From Candidatus Dojkabacteria bacterium (GTDB lineage Bacteria; Patescibacteriota; Dojkabacteria; SC72; T1SED10-24), in NCBI GenBank assembly GCA_003554185.1, contig PWFU01000107.1, forward strand, positions 2,980-66,979: a stretch of DNA of 64,000 nucleotides, in the 5' to 3' direction. Position numbers and translations under genes: made by a program. Of this stretch, positions 50,000-58,975 are shown in pieces. The stretch's first letter is position 1. Every line of letters begins with the position of its first letter. The notes below the pieces were generated by a model. It saw only the letters and a program-made list of their open reading frames with translations, was not told the DNA's origin and searched no databases.

Positions 50000-50611
50000 T
50001 TATTCGATAAATGGAACAAAAACAAAACCTGGTTTTTCTCTTATGGTTACTAATTGTTGTTTTTCTTTTTTCAGTGTAATGATACTTTGAAATACTGGAG
50101 GCCCCATGGGCGCAACGATTAGTCCATCTTCTTGTAATTGGTTTACGATCTTTTTAGGTATTTTAGAACAAGCAGCACTAATTAATATTCTATCGAAGGG
50201 AGCTTTTTCTGGTAAACCTTCGACTCCATTTCTGTTGTATACTTCGATATTTTTATAATCTTTTAGATTATTTTGTGATTTATTTGCTAAACCTTCTATT
50301 ATTTCTACACCGTATACTTCTCCTTTTCCTCCTAAAATTGTAGAAATTAAAGCAAGAACATATCCAATTCCGGACCCTAGTTCAAGAACCTTTTGTCCTT
50401 CTTTTAAATCTAAATCTTCCAGCATATGAGCTATGGTATAGGGTTGTGAAATGGTTTGGTTAAAACCTACGGGTAAAGCTCTATCTTCATATGCTTGATT
50501 CTTAAACTCTTCTGAAACAAAATCTTCTCTCGGGACTTTTTGAAATGCAGCTATGATATTCTCTGAAAAACCTAAATCTTGTAATTTATCAATCAAAACA
50601 TCTTTATCCAT
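50000..50611 (-). CDS. pcm: Protein-L-isoaspartate O-methyltransferase
   Basis: VPREDF, AYED, QTISQP, VLELGSG.GY, APFDRI, FVPF. Confidence 0.93.
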   Translation of the reverse strand: MDKDVLIDKLQDLGFSENIIAAFQKVPREDFVSEEFKNQAYEDRALPVGFNQTISQPYTIAHMLEDLDLKEGQKVLELGSGIGYVLALISTILGGKGEVYGVEIIEGLANKSQNNLKDYKNIEVYNRNGVEGLPEKAPFDRILISAACSKIPKKIVNQLQEDGLIVAPMGPPVFQSIITLKKEKQQLVTIREKPGFVFVPFIE

Positions 50612-50615
50612 AACT

Positions 50616-51695
50616 CTAGTCTAGATATTTTTTTACATTTTCTAAATGCCCATCATGTGTTTTTGCAAAGTGTACTTGCCTTGATTCATTTTGTTCGTGT
50701 ATAAAATAGTGGTAGTCTGAGGGCTCTGGTGATACAGCGGCAGCTATAGATTCAAATCTTGGATTGTTTATTGGGGTTGGTGGTAATCCAACATTTTGGT
50801 ATGTATTGTAGGGTGATTGTACTTGAAGATCATCATATGTGGGTCTTGGTCTATTTTCTCCTGTGACATAATTTATTGTAGCATCAGATTCTAATTTCAT
50901 CCCTATTTTTAATCTATTATGAAAAACGCTTGCTACGAGTGGTTTCTCTTCGTCGGTATAGCTTTCTTTTTCAACTATAGATGCCAGTATCAAGTTTTGA
51001 TAAAGAGTACGGTTGGTTTGTGATTGTTGTAGATTTTCTATCCTATTCATAAATTCTCTTACCAATCTTGATACTATATCTTTTGTTTTTACTTCTGGGT
51101 CAAATTCGTAAGTTGCTGGATATAGGAAGCCTTCTAGGCTATTATTTTGTGGTTTATTTATTTCTAAAAACTCTTCAATATCTTGGTCAAAAGTATATTG
51201 ATTTGGATTTTCAACAATGTTTTCAAATTCTTTAGAGCTAAAATTACTTTCATAAGCAACAAAGAATTCATCTTCTAGAATGTCTGACATTTGTTTGTAT
51301 GTTATTCCTTCTGGAAATGTTGCTCTAATATTGACGACCCCTGCCTCTTGAAGCTCTTGTATAACTTCTTTAAGGCTCATATTTTTGTTTAAAACAAACC
51401 TCCCTGCTTCTATTCCGGAAGCTAATTCAGGATTTTGACGTAGATACATATTATAGTACTGCTTGTTTATTTCTAAATTATTTTCTTTCAATTCTTGATG
51501 AACTTCCTCAGTACTACTCCCTGGTTCTATTTCAATAGTTATTCTTTCATCTTCATCGTATAATGGTTCTTCTATGTATTCCCTGTAGTTGTTATACATA
51601 GAATATGCTACGATTCCTCCAATTACTACTATTACCAGGAGGAGCAAAGTAAATATCTTTTTTATTGATGTTTTTGCTATATATTTGTTTTCCAT
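50616..51695 (-). CDS. mltG: Endolytic transglycosylase MltG
   Basis: TFPEG, LEGFLYPATY, LASIVEKE, VFHNRL, LESDAT, SPYNTY..GLPPTPI; ATG 51695 preferred. Confidence 0.93.
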   Translation of the reverse strand: MENKYIAKTSIKKIFTLLLLVIVVIGGIVAYSMYNNYREYIEEPLYDEDERITIEIEPGSSTEEVHQELKENNLEINKQYYNMYLRQNPELASGIEAGRFVLNKNMSLKEVIQELQEAGVVNIRATFPEGITYKQMSDILEDEFFVAYESNFSSKEFENIVENPNQYTFDQDIEEFLEINKPQNNSLEGFLYPATYEFDPEVKTKDIVSRLVREFMNRIENLQQSQTNRTLYQNLILASIVEKESYTDEEKPLVASVFHNRLKIGMKLESDATINYVTGENRPRPTYDDLQVQSPYNTYQNVGLPPTPINNPRFESIAAAVSPEPSDYHYFIHEQNESRQVHFAKTHDGHLENVKKYLD

Positions 51696-51774
51696 AGAAC
51701 CTTTCTTTAAATATATTCCATATTCTAGCATATTATGTTAAAATGGTGTACTGTTAAGATGAGTTTTAGATTCT

Positions 51775-51942
51775 ATGAAGAAGATTATAGAGTGCTTAGA
51801 ATGTGAAAATGAAATAGAACTTGTTGAGAAGGAGTATCGTGTTGGTGACATTGTGGAGTGCCCTTTTTGTGGAACTGAGTTAGAGGTTGTTGATGTAACT
51901 GATGGTGAATTAGTTTTGGATGTGGTTGAAGAAGAAAAATAA
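51775..51942 (+). CDS. LysW-like zinc-ribbon protein, 55 aa (absent from ORF track)
   Basis: MKKIIECLECENEIELVEKEYRVGDIVECPFCGTELEVVDVTDGELVLDVVEEEK: two CxxC, G(D/E)IVECP.CG.ELEV, acidic; lacks the EDWGE tail. Confidence 0.8.
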   Translation: MKKIIECLECENEIELVEKEYRVGDIVECPFCGTELEVVDVTDGELVLDVVEEEK

Positions 51943-51943
51943 T

Positions 51944-52945
51944 CTACCCCTGTAGCATCCCACAGGCTGATTTGGTATCTTGTCCTAGGCTTTTCCTAGT
52001 TGTGGTTTTAATTCCTTTGTTCTCTAACTTTCTTTTGAAATTTTTAATTTCTTTTTCCTTGGTAGGATGAAATGTATTATCTATCATGTTATATGGTATG
52101 AGATTGATATGTATTAACTTTTTGTAATTTCCTAGATCTTTTAAAACAAATTCTTGTAAAGCTTTGAGATCTTCTTTTTGATCATTAACGCCATTTAATA
52201 ATGTATATTCTAAGGTTATCCTTCTATTTGAGAATTCGAAATATTCGTATAAATCCTCTACTATTTGTCTCAAAGGCATTTTTTTTGCTATAGGTATTAA
52301 TTGCTCTCTCTTTTCTTGTATTGCACTGTGTAAGCTAATTGCCAGATTTATTTGTGTTTTCTTTTTAAAGAACTCCAAAACTTCTTTACCTGTCCATATG
52401 GTGGAAACTGTTAATCTCCTTTGTGACAGGTTAAATTCTTCTGGATTAGTTAATATGTCTGTACTTTTTTCTAAATTTTCTAAATTTAAGAAAGGTTCTC
52501 CCATACCCATGAAAACAATGTTTGTAATTTTTTTATCCTCCTCTTTGAGTTTTCTTGCAAAGTGTAATACTTGATCTATTATTTCCTGATAATTTAGATT
52601 TCTTTCAAAACCCATTTTACCTGTTGCACAGAATTTACCCCCTATTGGACATCCTACTTGGGAGGATACGCAAATGGTGTTTCTATCATTTTCATGTTTT
52701 AATAAAACTGCTTCAAATACTTTTTTATCTTCTGTTTCAAATGAGGTTTTGATTGTATCTTTTTCAGATAATGTATTTTTTTCTTTTATGCTCGGAAATA
52801 CAATATCCTCTTTGATCTTTTCTTTTATTTCTTCTGGTAGTGTTGTAATTTCATCAATGCTGTTCACAAGATTTTTGAATGTTGCATGATTTATTTGTTT
52901 TTGTCTAAAATTTGGAAGTTTGTATTTTTCAAGATTTATGTACAT
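51944..52945 (-). CDS. rlmN: 23S rRNA/tRNA m2A methyltransferase RlmN (radical SAM; second motif Cys reads Gly)
   Basis: CVSSQVGCPIGGKFCATG, FMGMGEP, ISLHS, EY.L..GVND, NLIPYN, SACGML. Confidence 0.92.
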   Translation of the reverse strand: MYINLEKYKLPNFRQKQINHATFKNLVNSIDEITTLPEEIKEKIKEDIVFPSIKEKNTLSEKDTIKTSFETEDKKVFEAVLLKHENDRNTICVSSQVGCPIGGKFCATGKMGFERNLNYQEIIDQVLHFARKLKEEDKKITNIVFMGMGEPFLNLENLEKSTDILTNPEEFNLSQRRLTVSTIWTGKEVLEFFKKKTQINLAISLHSAIQEKREQLIPIAKKMPLRQIVEDLYEYFEFSNRRITLEYTLLNGVNDQKEDLKALQEFVLKDLGNYKKLIHINLIPYNMIDNTFHPTKEKEIKNFKRKLENKGIKTTTRKSLGQDTKSACGMLQG

Positions 52946-52983
52946 ATATTCCTAGTATATCAAACATTATGTTATAATTAAGT

Positions 52984-53493
52984 ATGGGTTTTAGATATGA
53001 ATTGCCGCCTGAAAAACAGGGAAAACAGGGAAAACAGATGAAGATGAGTGAAGATGGTGAAGGTTTTGTATATATTGAAGAGGAAGATGTAGATGAGAAT
53101 GATGAAGAATCTGCAAAGATGATTCAGATGAGTATGGATGATTTCGATACTTCTGCCCATGAAAAAGAAAGTCAAGAGGAGGTTGATGAATCTGAAAAAG
53201 ATAAGAGAGAATCCAGGGTTGTTGGTTTGAATGAAGGAACTAAAGTTTGGGTTAAGATGGAAAGTGGATATTTTGAAGGATTTTTGCTAGATGCTATTAA
53301 TGCTATACATTTAAAGGATGTAAAAGGATATCCTTCCTGGTTTCGTTTTTATCAGAATGTAGAAGATCTAGAAAGAGTTGATGAAGTGGATGTTTATTTT
53401 AATGGCAAATCAGTTACTATGAAAACTCGAGATCGAGACCGTTTTAGAGCTCTTAAGAGTGATCAAAGGGCTCGTAAAAAAATAAAGGAATAA
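52984..53493 (+). CDS. Hypothetical protein with acidic low-complexity N-terminal half
   Basis: 169-aa ORF with TGnTATAAT 5 nt upstream. Confidence 0.65.
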   Translation: MGFRYELPPEKQGKQGKQMKMSEDGEGFVYIEEEDVDENDEESAKMIQMSMDDFDTSAHEKESQEEVDESEKDKRESRVVGLNEGTKVWVKMESGYFEGFLLDAINAIHLKDVKGYPSWFRFYQNVEDLERVDEVDVYFNGKSVTMKTRDRDRFRALKSDQRARKKIKE

Positions 53494-53496
53494 GCT

Positions 53497-55926
53497 TTAT
53501 TTCTTTTTCTCAATGTTTATCTTATTGTCTTTTGCTTTGACTAGCAGTTTGTCTTTATCTTTTATATCTTCAGACAAAAGTTTCTGAGAAAGCGGGTTTT
53601 CAATCTCTTTTTGTATTGTTCTCTTTAGAGGTCTAGCACCAAATTCAGGTTCAAAACCAACTTTTGATAGGTGTTTTATTACAGAATCATCGAATTCTAC
53701 TTCAATATTTTGTGCTTTTGCCATGTTTTTAACCTCTTCAAGTAGAATTTCTACAATATTTTCAATCTGTGATTCATCTAATGCTCTAAATACTATTACA
53801 TCATCTAATCTATTAATAAATTCTGGTCTAAAATAATTCTTAATTTTCTCGAAAAGGTGGTTGTATAATTTATCCCATTTTTGTTCCTTCTTGTTCTTTT
53901 TCATATATTCCATTATTTCTTTAGAGCCTATGTTACTTGTTGCAATAATAATTGTGTTTTTGAAATCTATTGTTTTTCCTTTACCATCTGTTAGTCTTCC
54001 ATCATCTAGTACTTGTAATAGTATATTGAAGACATCTTCATGTGCTTTTTCTATCTCATCTAGGAGTATGACACAGTAAGGTTGTCTGCGAACCTTTTCT
54101 GTTAATTGTCCTCCTTCTTCGTATCCTACATATCCTGGGGGAGAGCCTATTAGTTTTGAAACGCTGTACTTTTCCATGTATTCTGTCATATCTAGTCTAA
54201 TCATCGCTTCTTCATCTCCAAATATTTGTGTGGCTAGAGTTTTTGCTAACAGTGTTTTTCCTACTCCTGTTGGTCCCATGAAAAGGAATGAAGCAATTGG
54301 TCGGTTTTGATCTTTGAGTCCTACTCTTGCTCTTCTTACTGCTTCTGAAACTGCTTTAACTGCTTCTTCTTGCCCTACTACCTGTTGGTGCAGGCATTTT
54401 TCTAGCTTTAGAAGTCTTTCCTTCTCTTTTTCTTTGAGCTGAGCAACGGGTATACCAGTAGTTGAGGATATTACTTCAGCTATATCATCACTTGTGACTC
54501 TAGGTGTTCCTGTTCCTCTTTGCTTATTCCACTCTTCTTCTTGTGGTTCAAGTTCTTTACGTAATTTCTCTATTTCAACCTTTTGCTCAGCACTTTTTTT
54601 ATGTTGCCCTGAGCGGCTTAATGCTTCTCTTTCTCTTTCTAATCTATTTATTTTGTCTTTGAGCTGCCTTATACCTTCTGGCTCAGATGTTTTATCTAAT
54701 TTAACCTTACTACATGCTTCATCTACTAAGTCAATTGCCTTGTCGGGTAAAAATCTATCTTTTATATACCTCGCAGAAAGATGTGCGGCAGAACTTAATG
54801 CTTCATTTGTTATTTTTACTTTATGATGGGCCTCATATTTATCTCTAAGTCCATCTAGAATCTCAATTGTCTGCTCAATAGTTGGTTCATTTACTAAAAC
54901 TGGTTGGAATCTTCTTTCTAAGGCGGCATCCTTTTCAATATATTTTTTGTATTCATTTAACGTAGTAGCCCCTATAACTTGGATCTCTCCTCTAGCTAGA
55001 GCGGGCTTGAACATATTTGATAAATCCATTTGTCCTTCTTGAGCTCCAGATCCAACTATTGTGTGCAACTCGTCTACAAAAAGTATTATATCTCCACCAG
55101 ATTTTTCTAACTCAGATATTATTTTTTTAGCTCTCTCTTCAAACTCTCCTCTGTATTTAGATCCTGCTACTAAACTTGCGATATCGAGTTCCTTTACTTG
55201 TTTGTTCTTTAATACATCTGGCACTAAATCTTGAGTTATTCTATAAGCCAAACCTTCTGCAATTGCTGTTTTTCCAACCCCTGGCTCCCCTATTAAAACG
55301 GGGTTGTTTTTCTTTCTTCTTGAAAGTATTTGAACAACTCTTGTAATTTCATCGCCCCTACCTATAACGGGGTCAATTTTTCCTGCTTTTGCATGCTTTG
55401 TTAAATCTCTAGAGAATTTGTCTAAATTAGGTGTATCAGTCTCCTGTGCAGCTTTACCTTCTTTATCTCCTTCTCCTACTGCTTTTACAACGACTTGTCT
55501 AGCCTTGGTGTATGAAATACCGTATTTAGAAAATATTTGTGATGCTAGACCCTCCCCTTCCTTAATTAAACCTAGTAGAATGTGTTCTCCACCAATGTAA
55601 TTATGTTTAAGCTCCATTGCCTCTTGGAAACTAATCTGCAAAACCTGTTTCGCTCTTGGGCTTAAATTAGGCATTGAAGACACTGCCTGGGGGGCCTCTT
55701 GAGAGGATGATTTGATTTGTTCTGTAAGGATATTTGAATCAACTCCAAGTTCTTTGAAAATCTTTTGTACTACTGGATCTTCTCGGCATATACCCAACAG
55801 TAAATGTTCTGTATCTATACTCCTACTACCTGCTTCAAGAGCTTCTTCTGCTGCATATTGTATAGCATCACCTGCTCTTTCAGAAAAATATTGATTTATA
55901 TCTATTGATTCTCCATTTTGATCCAT
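53497..55926 (-). CDS. clpC: ATP-dependent Clp protease ATPase subunit (ClpC type)
   Basis: Two Clp-N repeats, GEPGVGKT, DAALERRF, RFLPDKAIDL, short M-domain, GPTGVGKT, GSPPGYVGY, GARPL. Confidence 0.93.
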   Translation of the reverse strand: MDQNGESIDINQYFSERAGDAIQYAAEEALEAGSRSIDTEHLLLGICREDPVVQKIFKELGVDSNILTEQIKSSSQEAPQAVSSMPNLSPRAKQVLQISFQEAMELKHNYIGGEHILLGLIKEGEGLASQIFSKYGISYTKARQVVVKAVGEGDKEGKAAQETDTPNLDKFSRDLTKHAKAGKIDPVIGRGDEITRVVQILSRRKKNNPVLIGEPGVGKTAIAEGLAYRITQDLVPDVLKNKQVKELDIASLVAGSKYRGEFEERAKKIISELEKSGGDIILFVDELHTIVGSGAQEGQMDLSNMFKPALARGEIQVIGATTLNEYKKYIEKDAALERRFQPVLVNEPTIEQTIEILDGLRDKYEAHHKVKITNEALSSAAHLSARYIKDRFLPDKAIDLVDEACSKVKLDKTSEPEGIRQLKDKINRLEREREALSRSGQHKKSAEQKVEIEKLRKELEPQEEEWNKQRGTGTPRVTSDDIAEVISSTTGIPVAQLKEKEKERLLKLEKCLHQQVVGQEEAVKAVSEAVRRARVGLKDQNRPIASFLFMGPTGVGKTLLAKTLATQIFGDEEAMIRLDMTEYMEKYSVSKLIGSPPGYVGYEEGGQLTEKVRRQPYCVILLDEIEKAHEDVFNILLQVLDDGRLTDGKGKTIDFKNTIIIATSNIGSKEIMEYMKKNKKEQKWDKLYNHLFEKIKNYFRPEFINRLDDVIVFRALDESQIENIVEILLEEVKNMAKAQNIEVEFDDSVIKHLSKVGFEPEFGARPLKRTIQKEIENPLSQKLLSEDIKDKDKLLVKAKDNKINIEKKK

Positions 55927-55979
55927 GCTCTATTCTAGCATATTAAAAACTCGAAGGTAAAGTTTTCCCGTCTAAATGG

Positions 55980-57137
55980 TTATATACCTATTTCTTTGAA
56001 TATTTTTTTTATACTATTCTTTGGAAAACATTCTTCTATGTCTTCTTTTTTAACCTTAATTTCTTTGTTAAGCATTTTATTTATTTCATCAAACAGAGTA
56101 TCTGATATTAATTCTCCTTCGGGTATTATTTTTGTAAGTCCTAGGTTTTCTAAAACTCTGGCATTATGATACTGTTCATTCTTGTTTACCCAAGGTATTG
56201 GTATAAGGATGGATTTTTTTTGTAATAATCCAATTTCGTAGATGGTATTAGCACCTGCTCTACCTATAAAAAGGTCCATGTTGTTGTATACTGTACCAAC
56301 TTCTGAAGAGTTTATGTATTTGATTGGATAAAATGAGTCTTGTTTTGATTTAGGTAGTTTTTGTCTATCTCTATTTAGTTTTTTATAATCATTGTGTATT
56401 GTATTATCCCCTGTTTGTAAAATTATTTGATAATGTTGGACAAGATAATCTAGCATCTCCCTTATTGTTGCATTTATTATGTGTGAACCCTGGCTTCCTC
56501 CTGATATATATATAATTGGTTGTTTTTCTTTATTTTTCTTCATGTTTTTTATTACCTCTGCGATTTCTCCAGATTTTTTTTCTTTAAGCACATCTTTTTT
56601 TATTATGTTCCCAGTGTGTACCACCTTGTTTGTAGAAAAGTGTTCCTTTGATTGGGGAAATGTAATGAATATTTTGTCCGCAAATTTTCCAGAAATTCTG
56701 TTTGCTAAGCCAGCATTTATTGTTTGTTCATGTATATATATTGGTATTTTTAATATCCAAGCTGAGATACATACAGGCGTGGTTACATAACCTCCTGTAG
56801 AAAATATTAAATCGGGTTTGTTTTTTTTCAATACCCTAAAACTATCGATTAGTCCTCCTATGCTTCTAAACAACAACCTTATTGTTTGAAGATTAAAATA
56901 CCTTTGAAGTTTTCCTGCTCTTATTATTTTGTACTTTATCTCGGTCTTTTTCAATATTTTTTCTTCTATGCTTTTACCTTTTTCTCCCTCCATAGCAAGG
57001 TCTCCACCTATGTACAAAACTTTATCTAGCGCATTTGTATATTTATTTTCTAATTCTTCTATAAATGCGATGGCTGTATTGGTGTGTCCTCCTGAGCCTC
57101 CTCCTGTGACGACTATTTTTTTATCTAGTTCTGGCAT
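55980..57137 (-). CDS. murG: Lipid I N-acetylglucosaminyltransferase
   Basis: TGGGSGGH, STGGYV, HEQ...GLAN, GGSQG, RAGA.T..E, EQ..NA. Confidence 0.95.
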   Translation of the reverse strand: MPELDKKIVVTGGGSGGHTNTAIAFIEELENKYTNALDKVLYIGGDLAMEGEKGKSIEEKILKKTEIKYKIIRAGKLQRYFNLQTIRLLFRSIGGLIDSFRVLKKNKPDLIFSTGGYVTTPVCISAWILKIPIYIHEQTINAGLANRISGKFADKIFITFPQSKEHFSTNKVVHTGNIIKKDVLKEKKSGEIAEVIKNMKKNKEKQPIIYISGGSQGSHIINATIREMLDYLVQHYQIILQTGDNTIHNDYKKLNRDRQKLPKSKQDSFYPIKYINSSEVGTVYNNMDLFIGRAGANTIYEIGLLQKKSILIPIPWVNKNEQYHNARVLENLGLTKIIPEGELISDTLFDEINKMLNKEIKVKKEDIEECFPKNSIKKIFKEIGI

Positions 57138-58350
57138 TACTGTGATTATTTGATTTTAGATTACTATAGCTACTTATATTCAATAATAATCCTATTGCTG
57201 CAAAAGTAACTATTGTTGCAGAACCACCATACGTTAAGAATGGTAAAGGTAAACCTGTAATTGGTATTATACCTACATTTGCTGCCATGTTTAATAGTGT
57301 TTGTAGTACTAGCCATATTGTTATTCCAATAGCAATCATTTTCCCATGTTGATCTGGTGCATTTCTGGCAATCTGATATCCCTTAAAAAAGAAGAAAATC
57401 CATAATCCAACTAACAGCAGTGCACTAATAACTCCGAATTCTTCTAGGTATACTGCAAAAGTTGAATCAGTAAATGCTGTATTTTCAACCAAATATCCAA
57501 ATCTTTGTCTTGATTGTCCAAAGCCCTTTCCCCAAAATCCACTCGACCCTATACCTATCAAAATTTGATGTAACTGGTATCCTGTACCTCTTGGGTCTGC
57601 GACCTCTCCTGTAGCTAAAAGTTGTAAATATGTATAGACTCTTTCAAATCTATAGGGAGCGGATAATATTGCTGCGACTATGGTTACTACACCAACTGCA
57701 CATAATTTAAGAATGTTGTGTATTTGATATCTGTGAGTAGCAAAAAGAATGTACATTATAATTGTGGTTGCAAGTATTAAGAGGGTTGTTCCCATATCTG
57801 GTTGCAACATTATTAGAATAGCGAATAATGCAATTATTGCACAGTAAATCAAACTTTTTTCCCAAGCTTTTTTATTCAGGACCTTTTTCGTAGCGTCTTC
57901 AAGATTCTTGGTCTTTTGATTGTATTTGTATAACCATCCTGCTAGATATATTATGAGAATAGGTTTTGCAAATTCTGAAGGTTGTAGCCTAACTGACCCT
58001 ATTTCAAACCATCTCGTAGCTCCATTAATCTCTGTTCCAAAAATTAAGACCAAGATTAGTAGAACTATTGAAATTATGAAAAAGGGAGTAATGTGTTTAA
58101 CAATCTTTCCGTAGTCTATTGAATAGATAAGTATTCCTACAAGTATCCCCCCTATAATCCACAGTAGATGTAATTTAAGAAAGTGAAATTGATCACCAAA
58201 TTCTTGTTGGGCAGTATATGAGCTTGCATTGTAAATCATTATGGTTCCCAAAAAGGCCATTAATCCAGTAAACACCAAGAGCGAAAGATCTGGCTTTCCT
58301 CTTTGTTCTTTTTTGTTTTCTGCAATACCATTTTTGCGTTTCATATTCAT
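57121..58350 (-). CDS. ftsW: SEDS peptidoglycan polymerase FtsW
   Basis: NGATRW, QPSEFAK, QPDMGT, GYQ, GKGFGQS, TD, EEFG, P.TGLPLPFLTYGGS; overlaps murG. Confidence 0.93.
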   Translation of the reverse strand: MNMKRKNGIAENKKEQRGKPDLSLLVFTGLMAFLGTIMIYNASSYTAQQEFGDQFHFLKLHLLWIIGGILVGILIYSIDYGKIVKHITPFFIISIVLLILVLIFGTEINGATRWFEIGSVRLQPSEFAKPILIIYLAGWLYKYNQKTKNLEDATKKVLNKKAWEKSLIYCAIIALFAILIMLQPDMGTTLLILATTIIMYILFATHRYQIHNILKLCAVGVVTIVAAILSAPYRFERVYTYLQLLATGEVADPRGTGYQLHQILIGIGSSGFWGKGFGQSRQRFGYLVENTAFTDSTFAVYLEEFGVISALLLVGLWIFFFFKGYQIARNAPDQHGKMIAIGITIWLVLQTLLNMAANVGIIPITGLPLPFLTYGGSATIVTFAAIGLLLNISSYSNLKSNNHSNARTR

Positions 58351-58431
58351 CTTACACCAATATACTATATGCTATTGAGTTTGTGAAGTTGTAAAAGTAT
58401 AATGAAAAAGATTAATTATTTATTTGTTTGT

Positions 58432-58653
58432 ATGGAAAATAACGTAAATGACGTAAATTCCACGCAAGGGAATCAAGAAAATCCCACGCCTGAAGTTGAT
58501 GTGGCAGATGAGTTTGTTTCTCAAGATTTAGAGGTATCTTGGGTAAGGTGGAAATGTCTAAACTGCGGATATGTCTATGAAGGTGCGGAAAAACTAAGTG
58601 CGTGTCCTCGATGTGGAAATTCAGATCCTGATAAGTTTGCGGATATAGATTAG
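58432..58653 (+). CDS. Small rubredoxin-like protein
   Basis: WKCLNCGYVYEG....ACPRCG....F after a disordered acidic N-terminus; start ATG 58432 or 58402. Confidence 0.75.
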   Translation: MENNVNDVNSTQGNQENPTPEVDVADEFVSQDLEVSWVRWKCLNCGYVYEGAEKLSACPRCGNSDPDKFADID

Positions 58654-58659
58654 TAGAAA

Positions 58660-58745
58660 TGCCGAGAGCGAGACTCGAACTCGCACGCCTTAGAAAAGGC
58701 ACAGGATTTTAAGTCCTGCGTGTCTGCCAATTCCACCATCTCGGC
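58660..58745 (-). tRNA. tRNA-Leu (anticodon TAA), long variable arm, CCA not encoded
   Basis: GCCGAGA acceptor stem, TGGTGGAATTGGCAGACAC D-arm, CAGGA-CTTAAAA-TCCTG anticodon arm, GTTCGAGTC T-loop. Confidence 0.95.
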
Positions 58746-58830
58746 AAAACATAACACCACAATTATATTCTACACCAATGTACTATTACAAGGATAGTTG
58801 GTGTTTCGTACTCCAAATATTTAAGCAAGA

Positions 58831-58906
58831 TGGAGGTGACGACGGGATTCGAACCCGTGATAGTGGTTTTGCAGACCACGGCCTTAACCAGCTTGGCTAC
58901 GTCACC
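58831..58906 (-). tRNA. tRNA-Cys (anticodon GCA), CCA encoded
   Basis: GGTGACG acceptor stem, GTGGT-CTGCAAA-ACCAC anticodon arm, GTTCGAATC T-loop, TCCA 3' end. Confidence 0.95.
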
Positions 58907-58975
58907 ATTACTTGTTAAATTGAGCCTCTCCTAGTATACTTTATCGTAAGTATTTTGAGCAAGTGTTTTTTGTAT

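Noticed and set aside
47573-50611. ATP-grasp plus PIMT as a graspetide/aspartimide RiPP cluster
   Set aside because: Pcm is a short canonical repair enzyme coupled to mltG, no precursor peptide with repeated cores is visible, and the ATP-grasp does not look like the graspetide type.
53012-53037. Short 9-bp tandem repeat (KQGKQGKQ)
   Set aside because: In-frame low-complexity repeat of about three units; not CRISPR-like.
51721-55945. Identical 15-mer TATTCTAGCATATTA upstream of mltG (51721) and clpC (55931)
   Set aside because: Mostly explained by a shared extended -10 (TGCTAGAAT) in AT-rich DNA; two copies are not enough for a regulon.
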